A DNA stretch of 64,000 bases from Yuukianura sp. NJ FZ-2021. Its lineage: Eukaryota. Location of the stretch: positions 14,880,001 through 14,944,000 of the forward strand of contig CM102286.1 of the NCBI GenBank assembly GCA_046563655.1, written 5' to 3'. Under the pieces are notes generated by a model that saw only the letters and a list, made by a program, of their open reading frames with translations, searched no databases and was not told the DNA's origin. Positions 33,773 through 47,000 of this stretch are shown here, piece by piece. Made by a program: the position numbers and the translations under genes. The first letter of the stretch is position 1, and each line of letters opens with the position of its first letter.

Positions 33773-36767
33773 ATGGGTCGTGTCAGAAATTCCAATCAAA
33801 TTCCGCATCGTGCAGGTAAAACTTGACATCTTGTCCGCATTTGATTGCAAAATTCCAGTTTTTAGCTACTTCTGTAATTACTAAACTTGATTAATTGATT
33901 TCAGGACCATTGGTTCAAGCAAACAAGAAACATAAGGCTGGAAAGCACAGAACCAAGGGAGCAATTGACAAAGAAACTCGAGGTAAGGTTTTTACAAGTC
34001 ACCAATCACTTTAGATGGACTGATTTAGTTAGTTTAACTAATTTCTTTGATTAATTAGGACGGACGACTTCTATCGGGTCAGGCGGAAGACCAGGGAAGC
34101 AGCATGTCAAGAGAGCTGAGAGGAAGAAGCAGGCTGCTGCAGACAGAATCAAGAAAATCCAGGACATCATGGACAAGAAACGAGCTCAAGGAGGGATTCG
34201 AGGGGCTCCGATATCCGTAGCCATGATTCCGTTATCAGCTACTTGCAATGTCAACTTGATTCATCAACATGTCGTCCAGAATTGTCAGTCATTTGCAAGT
34301 ATTCTTGGATCCACTGCAAATACGACACAGCTCAAGTAACATTTCAGACTAATCGATTAAAAAACGTTATCAAATCTAAAATGATTTTGGTTACAGGATG
34401 AGTAACGGCAAAAACCTAAGTTTGCTTACTCCTCCAACCAATGACATCTGGGCAGTCCTGGATACACTGAAGTTGAGCGACGTCGCTCTGTTTGTGATGC
34501 CCACACTGGAACCAATTTCTGAAGTCGGACGAACGTTGTTGCAGTGTGCTAAAGAGCAAGGATGTCCCACCAAATTTATCGGTGTTGCTGTTGAGTTTAC
34601 GAAGGCCGAAGAGAAACAATTTTTAAAATCAGTGTCCAAAGTCCTTCCGGTAGAAAAAATCTTTCCAATTGTCAACCCAGGTCAAATTGCACATCTCCTC
34701 AGAATGATCACAGTAGCCAAGATCAGTACACCGAAACAGTATGACCTTCGATCCGGAATGCTAATTGAGCAATGTCAACTCGTCCATCTAGATGGTCCTA
34801 CTCTGTCATCTCTTTTGCCTAACATGACAGATGATCCAGATTCTGTTGGGCCCGCTGTCCTTCAAGTGACAGGTCACATTCGCAAGAGAAATTTGAATCC
34901 ACATCGACCTGTCCATATCCCTGGGCATGGAAACTTCCAAATACTGCGTATCGATGTCACTCCCATCCAGGATGTCAAGAATCTTCCAAGAAGAGATCCA
35001 GGCGACTTGCTGGAAGTTCCAACACTGGAGGCTGTCGCTCTTCCTCGATTTATGTTTAATCCAAATGATATTCCAGAGGAAGTTGAAACTGGAATGGACG
35101 AAGAGATGTCAGTAGGTACTCGTGACATGGACAGTATGAGTCAAGGGACAGTTGAAGATGATGACGAAGGTGCGGACGGAATGGAAACAACAAAACTGTT
35201 CCCCAAGGGGACTTCGGAGTACCAGGCAGATTGGTTAGTCGATTCGGATTCAGAGAGAGAGAAGGAACTGATCAGTGAGGATGATGAATTAGAGAGTTTG
35301 AAGGGAAGTGACGAAGGAGAAGAAGAAGAAAGTGATGAGGATGACATGGACTGGGAAGAGGAGCAGAAGCAGCTTCAACTGGCCAAAGGTAAGAACTAAC
35401 TTAATTTTATGATTAATGATTAATCAATTTACCAAGTTTTGTTTCTGAATTGTGAAGCTGCTCGAACGGAAGCTGAGTTCCCAGATTGGATTGATACTCC
35501 GCAAGATGTTGCAGCGAAAGAGCGATTCCAGCGCTACAGAGGTCTCCAGTCGTTCAAAACATCTCCCTGGGATGTTCACGAAAACTTACCAAAGGAGTAC
35601 AGCAAGATTGTCCAGTTTCAAAATTACCGCCACACTTACAAAACAGCTGTCGTCAAGGATCCAGAAGACGGTCCAATGTTTATTCCCGTAAGTGAGGCAT
35701 ATTGACCTTCACCGTGACCTTGTTTTTGACCTTGACCTTTAGTATGTAAAAATGCAATTGGTTTCTTATGATTCTGAAGGTTGGCCAAAGAGTGACGATG
35801 ATTCTGCGTCCGTTGGAGGCTGGAACTAGAGTTGGTCCGGTCATAGGTCAATCACAACCAGTAGCTCTGTTTTCTCTGTTTACTCATGAGGGCAAAATGT
35901 CCGTGCTAAATCTCCATCTCAATTTGACTCAAGTCGTCAAGAACAAGGAAAATCTTTTGTTCCAAGTGGGATTCTATCGATTCCAGGCCAAACCAATCCT
36001 AAGTGAAGTCTCTCCGGGGAACAAGCACAAGGTAAAGTAATTTGAACTAAAAAAAATTGCAATTACGAAAGTAATTGTAATTACATTAATTACGAATTAC
36101 GTGAACTACTTAACTGAAAGTCACAACTGATAATCACTTTTGACTGTTTTCAGATGCTGCGTTTTGGTCAAGCCAATTCAAGCTGCATGGCCACCATCTT
36201 TGCTCCGATTATGTTTCCAGTTGCATCGGTCCTTGCCTTCAAGACATCTGAAACTTCACTAGTAAGTAATTAACTGTGAATTACTTAATTTAGTTTAGTT
36301 AATTAACTTTTTAACTAATTAACATTTGTAACTTAGGTACATGTGGGAAGTGGGCATATCTTCTCCCTGGATCCAAGCAGACTAGTGATCAAGCGAGTTC
36401 TGTTGAGTGGATATCCCTTCAGAGTCCACGGTAGAAAGTCCACTGTCCGCTTCATGTTCTTCAATCGTCAGGACATTGAGTGGTTCAAACCAGTGGAACT
36501 CAAGACACGATATGGCAGAAGAGGACACATCAAGGAACCGCTAGGTAATTAATCACTCAATTAACTTAATCAACTAATTCACAACTAATTACTCATTGAA
36601 TTACTTTTTACTTTTTAGGAACGCATGGTCACATGAAGTGCGTTTTTGACGGAGCGCTCAAATCCCAAGACACAATTCTGATGCCACTTTATAAAAGAGT
36701 ATTTCCCAAGTGGAACTACGATCCATTCGTACCTCCTTATGCCCTGTTCGATCGATACGATAACTAA
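33773..36767 (+). CDS. TSR1: Pre-rRNA-processing protein TSR1, multi-exon
   Basis: QANKKHKAGKHRTKG, PKGTSEYQADW, EFPDWIDTP..AKERFQRYRGLQSFKTSPWD, VRFMFFNRQDIEWFKPVEL..GHIKEPLG|THGHMKC and YKRVFPKW. Confidence 0.95.
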
Positions 36768-37178
36768 TTAATCAATTAACTAAGAATTTTAAAAAAATTA
36801 AAAAGTTTTATTTTTAAAATTTAGAACCAGAAATTAGTTGTTTAAAAGAAAAGATGAAGATTTTATTGACCTTGAGAAATTCTTTGCTTATCCCACATTT
36901 TAAAATTTAGTTGAGATATGTGGAATTTACACAGTCAAGGTAATTACGATTTGTGTAATTACTTAATTACTAATTACAATTGAGTTAATTACTAAATTAC
37001 TTGTTATTTGTAATTATAGTAATTCACTAAATGTATGTTGAATTACATTAATAAATAAAATTCGGACGGCATGACCTGCAAAAATGTTAGGTTGGACTGG
37101 AAACCTAGCTTTTTGAACACGTTTAGTGTTTTTTTAAAAATGTGCATTTTTTTAAATGTCAATTTTTTAAAACATTTG

Positions 37179-38305
37179 TTATACAAATTCCATTTCGAGT
37201 GGACTTTCATCGTCATCTGTCGAAGCCAAGTCGTCAGTCGTGTTTCTCCTAAGTTTATGTTTCCGTTGTTTCTCCACTTTGTTTTGTTTGGTCCAGTGCA
37301 AAATGGCGGCAAACTTTTCAAAAAACCAATGATCATCTTTTTCCTTATGGAAGATCACAAATAGCATCGTGAGCACTGGGTAGCCAATGATCATGGCCAC
37401 AAACATCCACTTCAAAGTCACCCACTCGTTCCACGGAGTCGGTTCTTCTGCGCAGGATCTTGACTCATCTCCGTCATGCGACATTCCTCCGTCATGCGAC
37501 ATTCCTCTGCGACATTCACACTTTCCCGCAGTAGAACAAACAGCTCCTCGCCTCCAGTCTTGGCAGTCGGAATCTGTCCGACAATTCAGTGGTTTGGTCA
37601 GACTTTGTTCTTGGACGAGGTCACACCGTCCATTGCTCTCGGTGACCTTTGACCCTCCGAAGGTCAGGGGACATTTGCATCTCTTCTCAAGGTCATCGCA
37701 GATGAGGGGGATTGAAGAATTTATAAACTGAGAATCTACTTCTCTGCAGTCTGCATCTGATTCACATTTGAGCGTCGAAGACTCTTCAGTTTTTGCCAAT
37801 CTGAAAAGTTACCAAAAAAAAAAAAAAATTTTTTTACATTCAATTTTTTTGCAAAAGAAGTGTTGAGCACATAACTTTTGATTAATCACACTTCAAGGTT
37901 AACATTTGACCTTGAAGTGTGTCTAAAGTCTGAAGTAAATCCACTCCAAACTATTTAACACTTCAAAAATTGTTGCAAATTGAAATTTTTGGAATTCTAC
38001 GTCAAGGTCAAAGGTCACGGACGCTGGCGGCATCACTTCCGATTTCGAAATTGCAAATTTAAACTTTGGTGTTGCAAAATTTGACAATTAAAAATTGGAG
38101 TATGACAAACAGTACTTGGATTTTGATGTTTAATTTTACAACTGACCTAGAAAGTTAACTTTCTATAAATATTTAACGCCCTAGTTAACTTTTAAGTGTT
38201 GAATTACCTAAGAGTGGTTTCGCTTGTGTGCCCATTTGTCGCAGTAGTTACTACACACACTCCGAAGTACAGTAAGAACCACAAATCACGAACAATAGTT
38301 GGCAT
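37179..38305 (-). CDS. Type I membrane protein with two Cys-rich (EB/EGF-like) modules, 2 exons (38305-38208, 37800-37179)
   Basis: The signal peptide MPTIVRDLWFLLYFGVCVVTTA splices in phase to CESDADC..CKC..C and CRTDSDC..C..CEC..C, followed by a TM segment and a basic/acidic tail. Confidence 0.65.
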
Positions 38306-38939
38306 TGCAAGTATTACAAAACGCAATGTTCCAACTAAAATTGTTCTGCTTAGAGGTGTGAAAATTGGCACTCCCACATAGCCATCCAGGAAATCACTAC
38401 AGCAAAAGCACGCAAATGTTAAAATAAAATTGTAAAAGTTGAAAATCCAGAAGTTTTGAAGATGGCAAGGTCAGTTTGTCCACTATTGAGTAATCCAAAA
38501 CTAATTAGCACTTCTTCTTGTTAAACCAGTTTTGAAAATAAAGGGGAAACTTTTGTGTTTGTTCTGGAAGGACGCAGTGAACTGTGTTAATTGAATCAAC
38601 TCAAACCTTGGAGTAACTCTGTGCTTTTAGTGGAAGTACAAATGCAGTCGAGTGTGGCTCATATCAATTTACAAGAGGTCATGACACACTCCGTTAACAT
38701 TTAGTCCTGTCAGCATCACCACCACACTTTACTTTTCATTATCAACTCACAAGTAATCACACTAATTGATAATGACACAGGAAAGAGATTCAGTTTCACT
38801 GAAAAAGACAATGACACTGTACTTTTGCAATTTTTCACTTTTCAACTCATTTCCTCACTTTTTCACTTTTTCCAACTCAATTCTCCATTTTTTCAACTTT
38901 TATCTAAATTCGACACTTTTTCACTTTCCTCAATTCAAT

Positions 38940-39020
38940 TCGTCAGTTTTTCACTTACAAAATTCGTCACTTTTTCAACAAAATTCGTCACTTTTTCAAC
39001 AAAATTCGTCACTTTTTCAC
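38940..39020. repeat. Short ~21-bp tandem repeat (AAAATTCGTCACTTTTTCAAC) in a CT-rich low-complexity tract
   Basis: About three copies are visible. Confidence 0.7.
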
Positions 39021-40456
39021 TGTTTTTGAAACTAAATTTTCCACTTTTCAACTCTTTCGCTTAATTCTCCACTTTTTCCTTTAGGTATTCAACGCTTCGA
39101 TTTTTTTCAGTTTTTCGCTTGTATTCTCCAGTCATTGACACTGCTCTGAACTTTTATTTTTAGAGCATTGGACTTTGAAATTGGAATTTGAAAGTTTCAA
39201 ATGACGTTGATGAATAGAAAATGAGGTTGTGTAATTTTTTGAATTCTGAATATTTTTGTATGAAAATTGAAATTCTGACAGTGAAGTTTGAGGAGGAGTG
39301 ACTGAAGTTGTAGCTTTTGCAAACTGTTTTAACTTTCTGTTTCCTTTTTTCCCCAGTTTTATGGATTTGGAAAATTAATTCTTAATTATTCACCAGCAGA
39401 GGCTCTTTTCTGCTGTACTTTTGTTCCATGTAAATTGAATTTCCACAAAAACAGTTTATAGAATTTTAGTAAAAGAGAGAAACTGCTTTCGTGCAGACTT
39501 TGGTTTGTTGAGAGTCCTTGTACTTGTACTGTTGTGTTTTAATTGAAGAGTCGTAATTATTTAATTGTCGATTGGAAACGGATACAAAAGTGAACAACTC
39601 AAAAAGAACGAACCGCCTCCTCTAATGAATCAATTCCCCACTAAACTCTGCATAATTTCTATTGAACAGTTTTCTAATTAACTGAATTTTATTTACAGAA
39701 ATTCTTTCATTAAAAAAATACGCCAGAACTAAATTTTTAGTCGAAAAATTGGTTGAATACGAACAGGCGGTTGAATACTAACTGATGAAAAGAAGCAAAG
39801 TACTGAGCAAAAAATGACTAAAAAAGTTCCAGTGGAAGACAAGGTCAGCATTTAAACTCCGTTTTTTGTTTTTGGATGAGTTTTTTTAGTAGGCGAATTC
39901 TGAAAAAGTGGTTTTTGCCTTTCAAATTTTTTGTTCAAAAATTCATTTCCTCCAAAACATCATTTTTGACGAAAGCTTCATTGATTTTTTATTCAAGTCG
40001 TTCTAAAAAAATTTAGCGATGTGGAAATATTCGACATTTGAAGTAAAAGTAGCCCAATTTTTAGGTTTTACAAAAAAAAATAGGACATTTTTTAACTTTT
40101 ACAAAAACTTGAGCATTTTTTTTTACTTTTACTAAAAAGTGAGCATTTTTTTACTTTTCCAAGGTTAGCCTGCTGCCCTACTGTGCGAGTAATGAATTGA
40201 CATGACCATGCCCGGATACAGACACAGTAAATTAAAATTTCAAAAAATATCTAAACTTTAAATCATTTTTATATAATTAAAATTGACGTATAGACGGGTG
40301 TTGAAATGAAATGAATTTATGGTTAAATTGTGCAAGGGAGTTTGAAGGTCAACAGTTTCGCATTGTTCCAGCCATGGAATGGTTTTAATCAAACCTATAA
40401 AGTTTAAACTTCATTACAATTTTTTTAGTTTTCAAAATTTTGCAAAAGCTTGCAAA

Positions 40457-41271
40457 ATGTTTAGCCGTATTGTATTACCGTTTTTGTTCATTTTCATTTT
40501 TAGTTGCTTTTTTAAACAAATTTTAAGCGAAACTGAAGAACAATGGGAAAAGCAACTGATTGGAAGCGGCGGGAGAGGAATTGGGAGAAGAAATGGATCA
40601 AAATTTGAGGTCAGAGGTCAAATCTGCAAAAAATTTTGAAAATTCCACAATTTTTGTTTTCAAAAAATGTATTTTTCAAAAATTTGAAATCTTAGCCGCC
40701 GAAAGCTGTTATAAACGGAACTCGATTTGTGAATCACGTGTACAGCCACATCAGACAGCACATTGACTTATTCGGACTGAACTCCATTCCGCTGCCAGAC
40801 GTGACCTTTGTCCTCGGGCAGAACCGCGTTGCCATGGAGAACGGCACGGTTCGGAATCTTTTTAGTGTCCAACCTGTTGGTGACACTTTGGTCACCGTGA
40901 CCTTGACAGCCACTTACTTGCAATCAGCATTCGGGTGGCTCAATGTGTCAATCGAGAGTGACCTTGACATTGAGACTAAAAACGAGGTCAAGGATGGGTA
41001 CATGTACGGGTCAGTGGACAATGTCACTGTGTTTTATGTCGTGAAGTTTGATCACTTGACCCAGACACCCTCCCTGGACAAGTTTGAAACGAGCATTGGG
41101 CGGGTCGAGGTCAAGGTCACGGGGTTAGGCGAGGATCTGGACAACGGGACTCAGTTTGGCACGGAAGTTGCAAACAAGGTCAAAGGCCCACTTTTATTTG
41201 TGTTTAACAACGTCTTTAGACTGCTCGTCAATTTTGCACTTCAAGCTGCCAGGGCGGGAGCTGTTGGCTAA
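40457..41271 (+). CDS. Secreted group-7-allergen/TULIP-like lipid-binding protein, 2 exons
   Basis: Signal peptide, then FVNHVYSHIRQHIDLFGLNSIPLPD..MENGTVRNLFSVQPVGD..VEVKVTGLG, with a beta-rich body and a C-terminal helix. Confidence 0.55.
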
Positions 41272-41314
41272 TTTAAATATTTTATTTAAAATAATATAAT
41301 AAATGTATGTTATA

Positions 41315-42980
41315 TTAATTTATATTTGTTTGTTCTGAGTAAAAGTTAAGTGATGCCAAAGCATCTACTCTGCCATGCCCAGCAGCGTTATTTGGAAACT
41401 GAGTTTCAGGAATTCCACCACAATTTTTCCCCGGTAAATTCAAATTTTGAAAAGCTCCCGCTTCTAAAATTTTCAAAATTTCTGAAAATTCAAGATCGAG
41501 ATTGGCCGATTTCAAAATTGCTACGGTTCCCGCCACGTGTGGGGCCGCCATAGAAGTTCCCTTCATCACTTCATAGTCATTGTCTCCAGTATTAGTTGCC
41601 GACCGAATTCCGACTCCTGGAGCCACCAAATTCGGTTTGATTGTTCCGTTCGTGGTGGGGCCAAGCCCACTATCTTCTGCCAGTGTTTCATCCTCCGTGG
41701 TGGCTCCAACGGCAATGACCTTGGGGTAGTCGGCTGGTGACCTTCCAGAAGAGCAGGCGGGGCCAGTGTTTCCATTGGAGAATACCGGAGTGATTCCAGC
41801 AGCAGTCCAGGCGTCTATGACTCCATGATAAGCTGGATTGTTCCACCCGCCACCCCAACTGCAGTTGATGACGTGAGGAGCCTTGGAGCAGTCAGGGCGG
41901 GTAAAATCTGGCAGAGTTGGGCACAACATGAACTGTCCACATTTGATCAAGTTTGAAGAGGCACAGAGGTCATAGTAACAACCTTTGCATGACATCCACT
42001 TTGATTTTGGCGCCACTCCAATTCCCCCTGGGGGAAAATTCAAACTTTAAAAACTCAAGGTCACCAAGTCTAACTTCAATTTTAAAAAAATGCTTACCAC
42101 TTCCAGCTATTATGCCCATGACATGCTAAAATGTTTAAAGAATGAGAAATGAAAAATTGAAAATTTGAATTTTTGAAAAAAAAACTTTTTTTTTTATCGT
42201 GAATTTATTTTGAGTTTTCGTACTGTTCCATGACCATTTTGGTCGTTTGGTTCTGCCGTTTCATGCCACGGATCGTACCAGCCATGCGCAGAAGGTCCAA
42301 CATAGTTACTGCGCAGTGCAGAATGATTTCCTAAAACACCGCTGTCGATACTGCCAACTAAAACGCCTTCTCCGAAGTATCCCAACTTCCAAGCTCCGGG
42401 GGCTTGAATTCGTTCGATGTTCCACTCAACGCCGCTGAAATTTTTTACAACAACTTTTGAAAATTTGGAATTACTATAAAGTTAAATGGATATCGCTTTC
42501 TAAGGTTGATTTAAGTTGATACCTATTTGAATTTTTGGAGTCCTTAAATTTCGTAGGAGAATCAAGAGTTATGAATTCGTCTTCATAGATTTCAGTAATT
42601 TGTGGAAAGGTCATCAACCTCTGGACCAAATTTAAGCTTGCTGATTGCACAAAAAGTTGATTTGAAATCCAGAAACTCTCAAATTTGAGTGGTGGATTAA
42701 AAATTTTCAAAAAATCGACCACTTCCGCCTGTGCTGATTTTGTATTTTGCATTAGCGTCTGTGCAACTCTGCTGATTCTGTCTGACCTTGACTCAAACTT
42801 GACTTTTGAAATCGTTTTAAGTTCAGCTTGAATTTTTTGGAGATCAAATGACACTAAAATGTTCGCCGTAGCTCCATCACGAGCACGCAGTGTTCTAAAA
42901 AGAGCAGGATCTACGTAAGCTACTACGTAATTGCACCAAAACAGGCACAGAAACAACGAAAATAAAATTTTGAATTCCAT
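41315..42980 (-). CDS. Secreted S8 subtilisin (bacillopeptidase F/oomycete-like), 4 exons
   Basis: Signal peptide, prodomain VDPALFRTLRA..FESFWISNQLFV, and catalytic motifs VGSIDSGV, NGHGT|HVMG and GTSMAAPHVAG. Also VINCSWGG and KPNLVAPG. Confidence 0.92.
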
Positions 42981-43320
42981 TTCAAATTTTGAAAAAAAGC
43001 AGAAAGGAACTTACTTTTCTTGTTTTTAAAAAACTCTTCATTTTATACATTGTACTAACTAAGTTTATTTCCTGTTTCCTGACAAATAATTTCATTCGAA
43101 AATTCTTGTGTAGAGGTCATGAACTTTAGTGCTTTAAGTACGTTGTGTCACTAATTAAGTAATTAACAACTTCAATTAACTTTGCATTTTGTTTAATTAA
43201 TTAAACTTTAGTTAACCTCTAATCTTTCCTTGTTTACAAACAGAAGCCACTCAATGTCAATGTGACCGATAAGCACTGCAATTTTGAAGGAAGTTTGCAT
43301 TTGCAAAGTTTGATAAAATT

Positions 43321-44713
43321 TTAGTAGATTGCAGAAGTTTTGTTAGTAAATTCCCAAAGGAAAGACAAATCACTTTCTCCGCGTCTACCACAAATCGGAA
43401 GTGAAACTGGTTGTCCATTTCTTCAAATTCAAAGTAAATTGTTAGCTTTTCAAAAAACAAAAAAAAAGACTTTAGATTTTGAAATTTTTATAATATTTTA
43501 CCCATTGCTTTTGAGACATTGAGTAGCCCTTCTGCCAACGATGTACTGAATCCTGTACTTTGAATTTCCCACGGCAACAAATCTGTAGCCGCTCTGACTC
43601 CCGCCATTTCCACGCTCAGTGATGAAATTGTTCTGGTTCTCTCCCGATGTCAATGTAAACAGCCAACTCTCTAATGACAACATAAATTTTATCAATAAAT
43701 TTTGTTAGTGCTCAGAATGCTAAGCATGCGTGCTGGGGCCTCGCCCCAACCCGTTTAATCCTCCAAATTTTTCAGCCTAACGATCATTATTTCCAAAAAA
43801 CAATGTTTTGGAATTTTTGAATTTGTCATAAATTAGGAAAAGACACTTGAGTGATTTTCTCAGCCTAATCGTGACTTTTCCAAAATTCCTCCTGTAGAAA
43901 GTTAGAAGGTGTCATAGTGTATTGGAAAAACAATATTTTGGAAAATTTCAATCTGTCATGAAAAAGGAAGTTACACTTTAGTGAAGTTTTCAGCCTAATC
44001 GTCACTTTTTCCAAATGCCTTCTCTAGAAAGTTAGAAGGTGTGATGGTGTATTGAAAAAACAACATTTTGGAAAATTTCAATTTTTCATGATTAAGGAAA
44101 ATACATTTTTGGGAAATTGTTATCCTAATCATGACTTTGTCCAAAAGTCCTCCTGCAGAGAGTTAGAAAATGAGATGGTGTTTTAAAATATCAATGTTTT
44201 GGAATTTCTTAAAATTCTCATAAACGAGGAAAATACACTTCATAGCATAGCCCAGAAACTGTGATATAAACCAGTAAAGTCGAGAGTAAGCAAATCAATT
44301 AGTAACAATGCAATTCCGGAATTATCTCTCAGCTGTAACTTCTCATTAGTATAAAAAGACCTAAAATATATATTTGAAATTTTCAACTAACTTCTCTTAA
44401 CTGTCCAGTGGAACGGAGCAGTTTCGTCATATTTTTTCACCGTAACGTCACCAGTATTACTTCCTTCCTTTGCTTTCTCTGCGTACAGAGAGAATCCCTG
44501 TGTCAATTTTTCAAAAAGTAAAGATTTGTTCAAAATTTAAAATTTTTAGTTCAAAAAAAGTTCACTCACTTCATCTTCACTGTCCGATTGCTTGAGAGCA
44601 CTGGTGATGATGTAAGTCCCCTCGGCTATTGGTGATTGTTGCGATTTCACAAACACCAAAAAACTTTCACTCAAAATGAAAATTGTGAAAGCGAAAAATA
44701 AAAATCGACCCAT
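43321..44713 (-). CDS. Small secreted protein with a ricin-B/beta-trefoil-like C-terminal motif, about 4 exons
   Basis: Signal peptide MGRFLFFAFTIFILSESFLVFVKS, then IAEGTYIITS. The spliced end reads YRIQY..QCLKSNGNGQPVSLPICG..FLWEF. A TATA-like site lies at about 44772. The middle exon junction is uncertain. Confidence 0.5.
43770..44240. repeat. ~130-bp tandem repeat, about 3.5 diverged copies, intronic
   Basis: CAGCCTAATC at 43861 and 43991, TATCCTAATC at 44121, and shared GAAAGTTAGAAGGTG and TTTTGGAAAATTTC blocks. Confidence 0.85.
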
Positions 44714-45122
44714 TTTCGAAAAATGCTTAGTAAAAAAGTGGAAATACGAAGAACTTCTTTTGGAGTTGGCCTTTTATACGTATCCTTGAAATTGTCAATA
44801 TTCGAAAACTGTCAAAATTTTCCACAATAAAAATTATTCAACAGCAGGAGCCAACATACAATGCCAAAATTTGTCAATATTTTTTTGTAGCTTTAGAAGC
44901 ATTGTGAGAATTGATAAATAACAAATTTCTCAGAATTGAAAGCGAATCGGAAGCAACTGCTGCATAATTTTCAACAATAAAATTCATAAGTCAATGTTCA
45001 ATGAGAAATGTTGAATTTCAATTTATTGTCAAATTGTTCTTTCTGTCCAAAGTCACTGTAGTTACTCCCTCTGCCCAAAATAATTTTTACAGTTACTCCC
45101 TCTACCCAAAATACTTTTACAG

Positions 45123-46188
45123 TTACTCCCTCTGGGCATGTTTGTTAACATACACGAGAGATGCATCCATGGTCTCTACGTCTGCGCTGTAATCAGCAGC
45201 ATTTCCACTCATCCCGCCTTCTAAATTTGCTGCAACGTTGGTAGGTTCGAAAGATTCAAATTTCACCAACTTCCGTTCTCGCATTTTCCTTCTGAGTTTG
45301 GTCAAATCTCGCATGTCCAAGGACGACTTCCGCTTTTCCTTTTTTCAAAATTTTCAAAAGTTTAAAACAACTTTTTTAGCAACCTATTTCGAACATTACC
45401 CCACTTTCCATCCCACAAAAAACGCCATAGCCAGTAGCAGCTCCCAAAAACGATCCCAAAAAAATTGACACAAGTCCAATTCCGTTGAGAACGCGAATCA
45501 AAATTTCTTCCCAAAGTTGCAGTTCCATTACAAGTTCTAAATTTACGATTTACAATTTACTGTTTACGATTTACGTAATTTTGTAAATCCAACAGTTCAC
45601 TGACCTTGACCTTCATCACGGTCAGCGGAATTGTCGTTCTTTGTTCCCTGTGATTCTACAAATATTTCTGGAAAGCACACCAGGAAGTGGGCCGTGATGT
45701 TTACAATGTGAAGTGACATGGCCATGTGGAGCCTAAACAGTAAAAAGTAAAGGTCAAAGGTCAATTTCAAAAAAAGTGAAGGTCAAAGGTCAATTTTTAA
45801 AAAAATTGTCATAAAATAGGAGTTTCACCAGCAGTAGTTTGGTTCTTTGACGGCCAGAAGCGTAATGACGCCACACAAAATTTCAATTCCGGAAACCAAA
45901 AGTCCAACTGTGATGACATTTGAGCCAGAAGCTGCAGCGGGGTTTGAAGTCACAGACAGATCGCTGTAGAGAGTGACCTGCAAAAAATGAAAGGTCAATG
46001 ACCTTTGACCTTTCAAAAAATTTGAAGTGACTTACATATAGTCCCAGTGACACTAAACCAAGTAGCCCCTGAATCCAGCAGAGGGAGGCAAAGAGGCGTG
46101 ACCTGTAAATGACCCCAGAAGGCAAATCTTTTGTAAATTGAATCACCCCGATACAAGTTCTCGTCCGACACGATTGACCCGCCTCCAT
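45123..46188 (-). CDS. Four-TM membrane protein (CD20/MS4A-like topology), multi-exon
   Basis: Spliced hydrophobic segments LCWIQGLLGLVSLGLY, LLVSGIEILCGVITLLA, LHMAMSLHIVNITAHFL and LNGIGLVSIFLGSFLGAA, followed by a charged tail. Confidence 0.45.
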
Positions 46189-47000
46189 TTTTTCAAAATT
46201 TCGAAATTTTTTACAGAAAAAAAAAAGATTGAGCACGAATGAAAATTTTGAATCAAAGGGAATTGGAAGACTTATGCTAAAATTGAGAACTGTACCGGAA
46301 CTGCCCTTGAAAAACTTTTTTTTAATCTCCTGTGAATTCTGATATTTTTGTTATGAAGATTCGCATTTTACTTTTCATTTTTTGACATTTGCGTGTTTGA
46401 GTGCCCAATTAGTAACAAACTCTCGTTGTGTTCCCAGAGTCAAAGGATCAAACTAATTCATTGTTACAACTTTCCAGAATAGATGAAATAATATATTAAA
46501 AATAATTTTGAAAAATATAGAAAACTTTAAATAAGTCAACAACGTCAAGGTCGATAAAAAAAAATAGTTTGGTCTCAAAATTGTGAGCATGCCTGTATTC
46601 TAATTTCAACACCATTTGAATTTATGTTACTCATGTAGATGCTAATTGTCTGTAATTTGTTATGTACATGTGTAAACTATTTCACTGTTTAGTAAAGTTG
46701 CCTCTAAAAAGTTAGTTCTGCAAAACACATTTCAAGTATTTTTAGACATTCTGATTTCAACTACTTGAAATTGTTTGAATTATGAGCAATTGGCGAGATG
46801 ATCTGTCGACTAATCCACTTCAAATTTTTACTTGGCGTGCAACATTTAAAACTTTTACATCACTGCATTGCTTTTTATGATCAGCTACCATTTACATCAT
46901 CATTGGATTCAGAATAATTGAAGCACTTTATAATTCACTTTTCAATCTAAAATTTTAGTTTTATTCAGTTTTTTTGGAAAGTTGGAAGTTTAATACCAAG

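Noticed and set aside
38400..40400. Hidden gene in the 2-kb gap
   Set aside because: Only Phe/Ser-rich low-complexity ORFs from CT-rich repeats are present, and no consistent exon chain was found.
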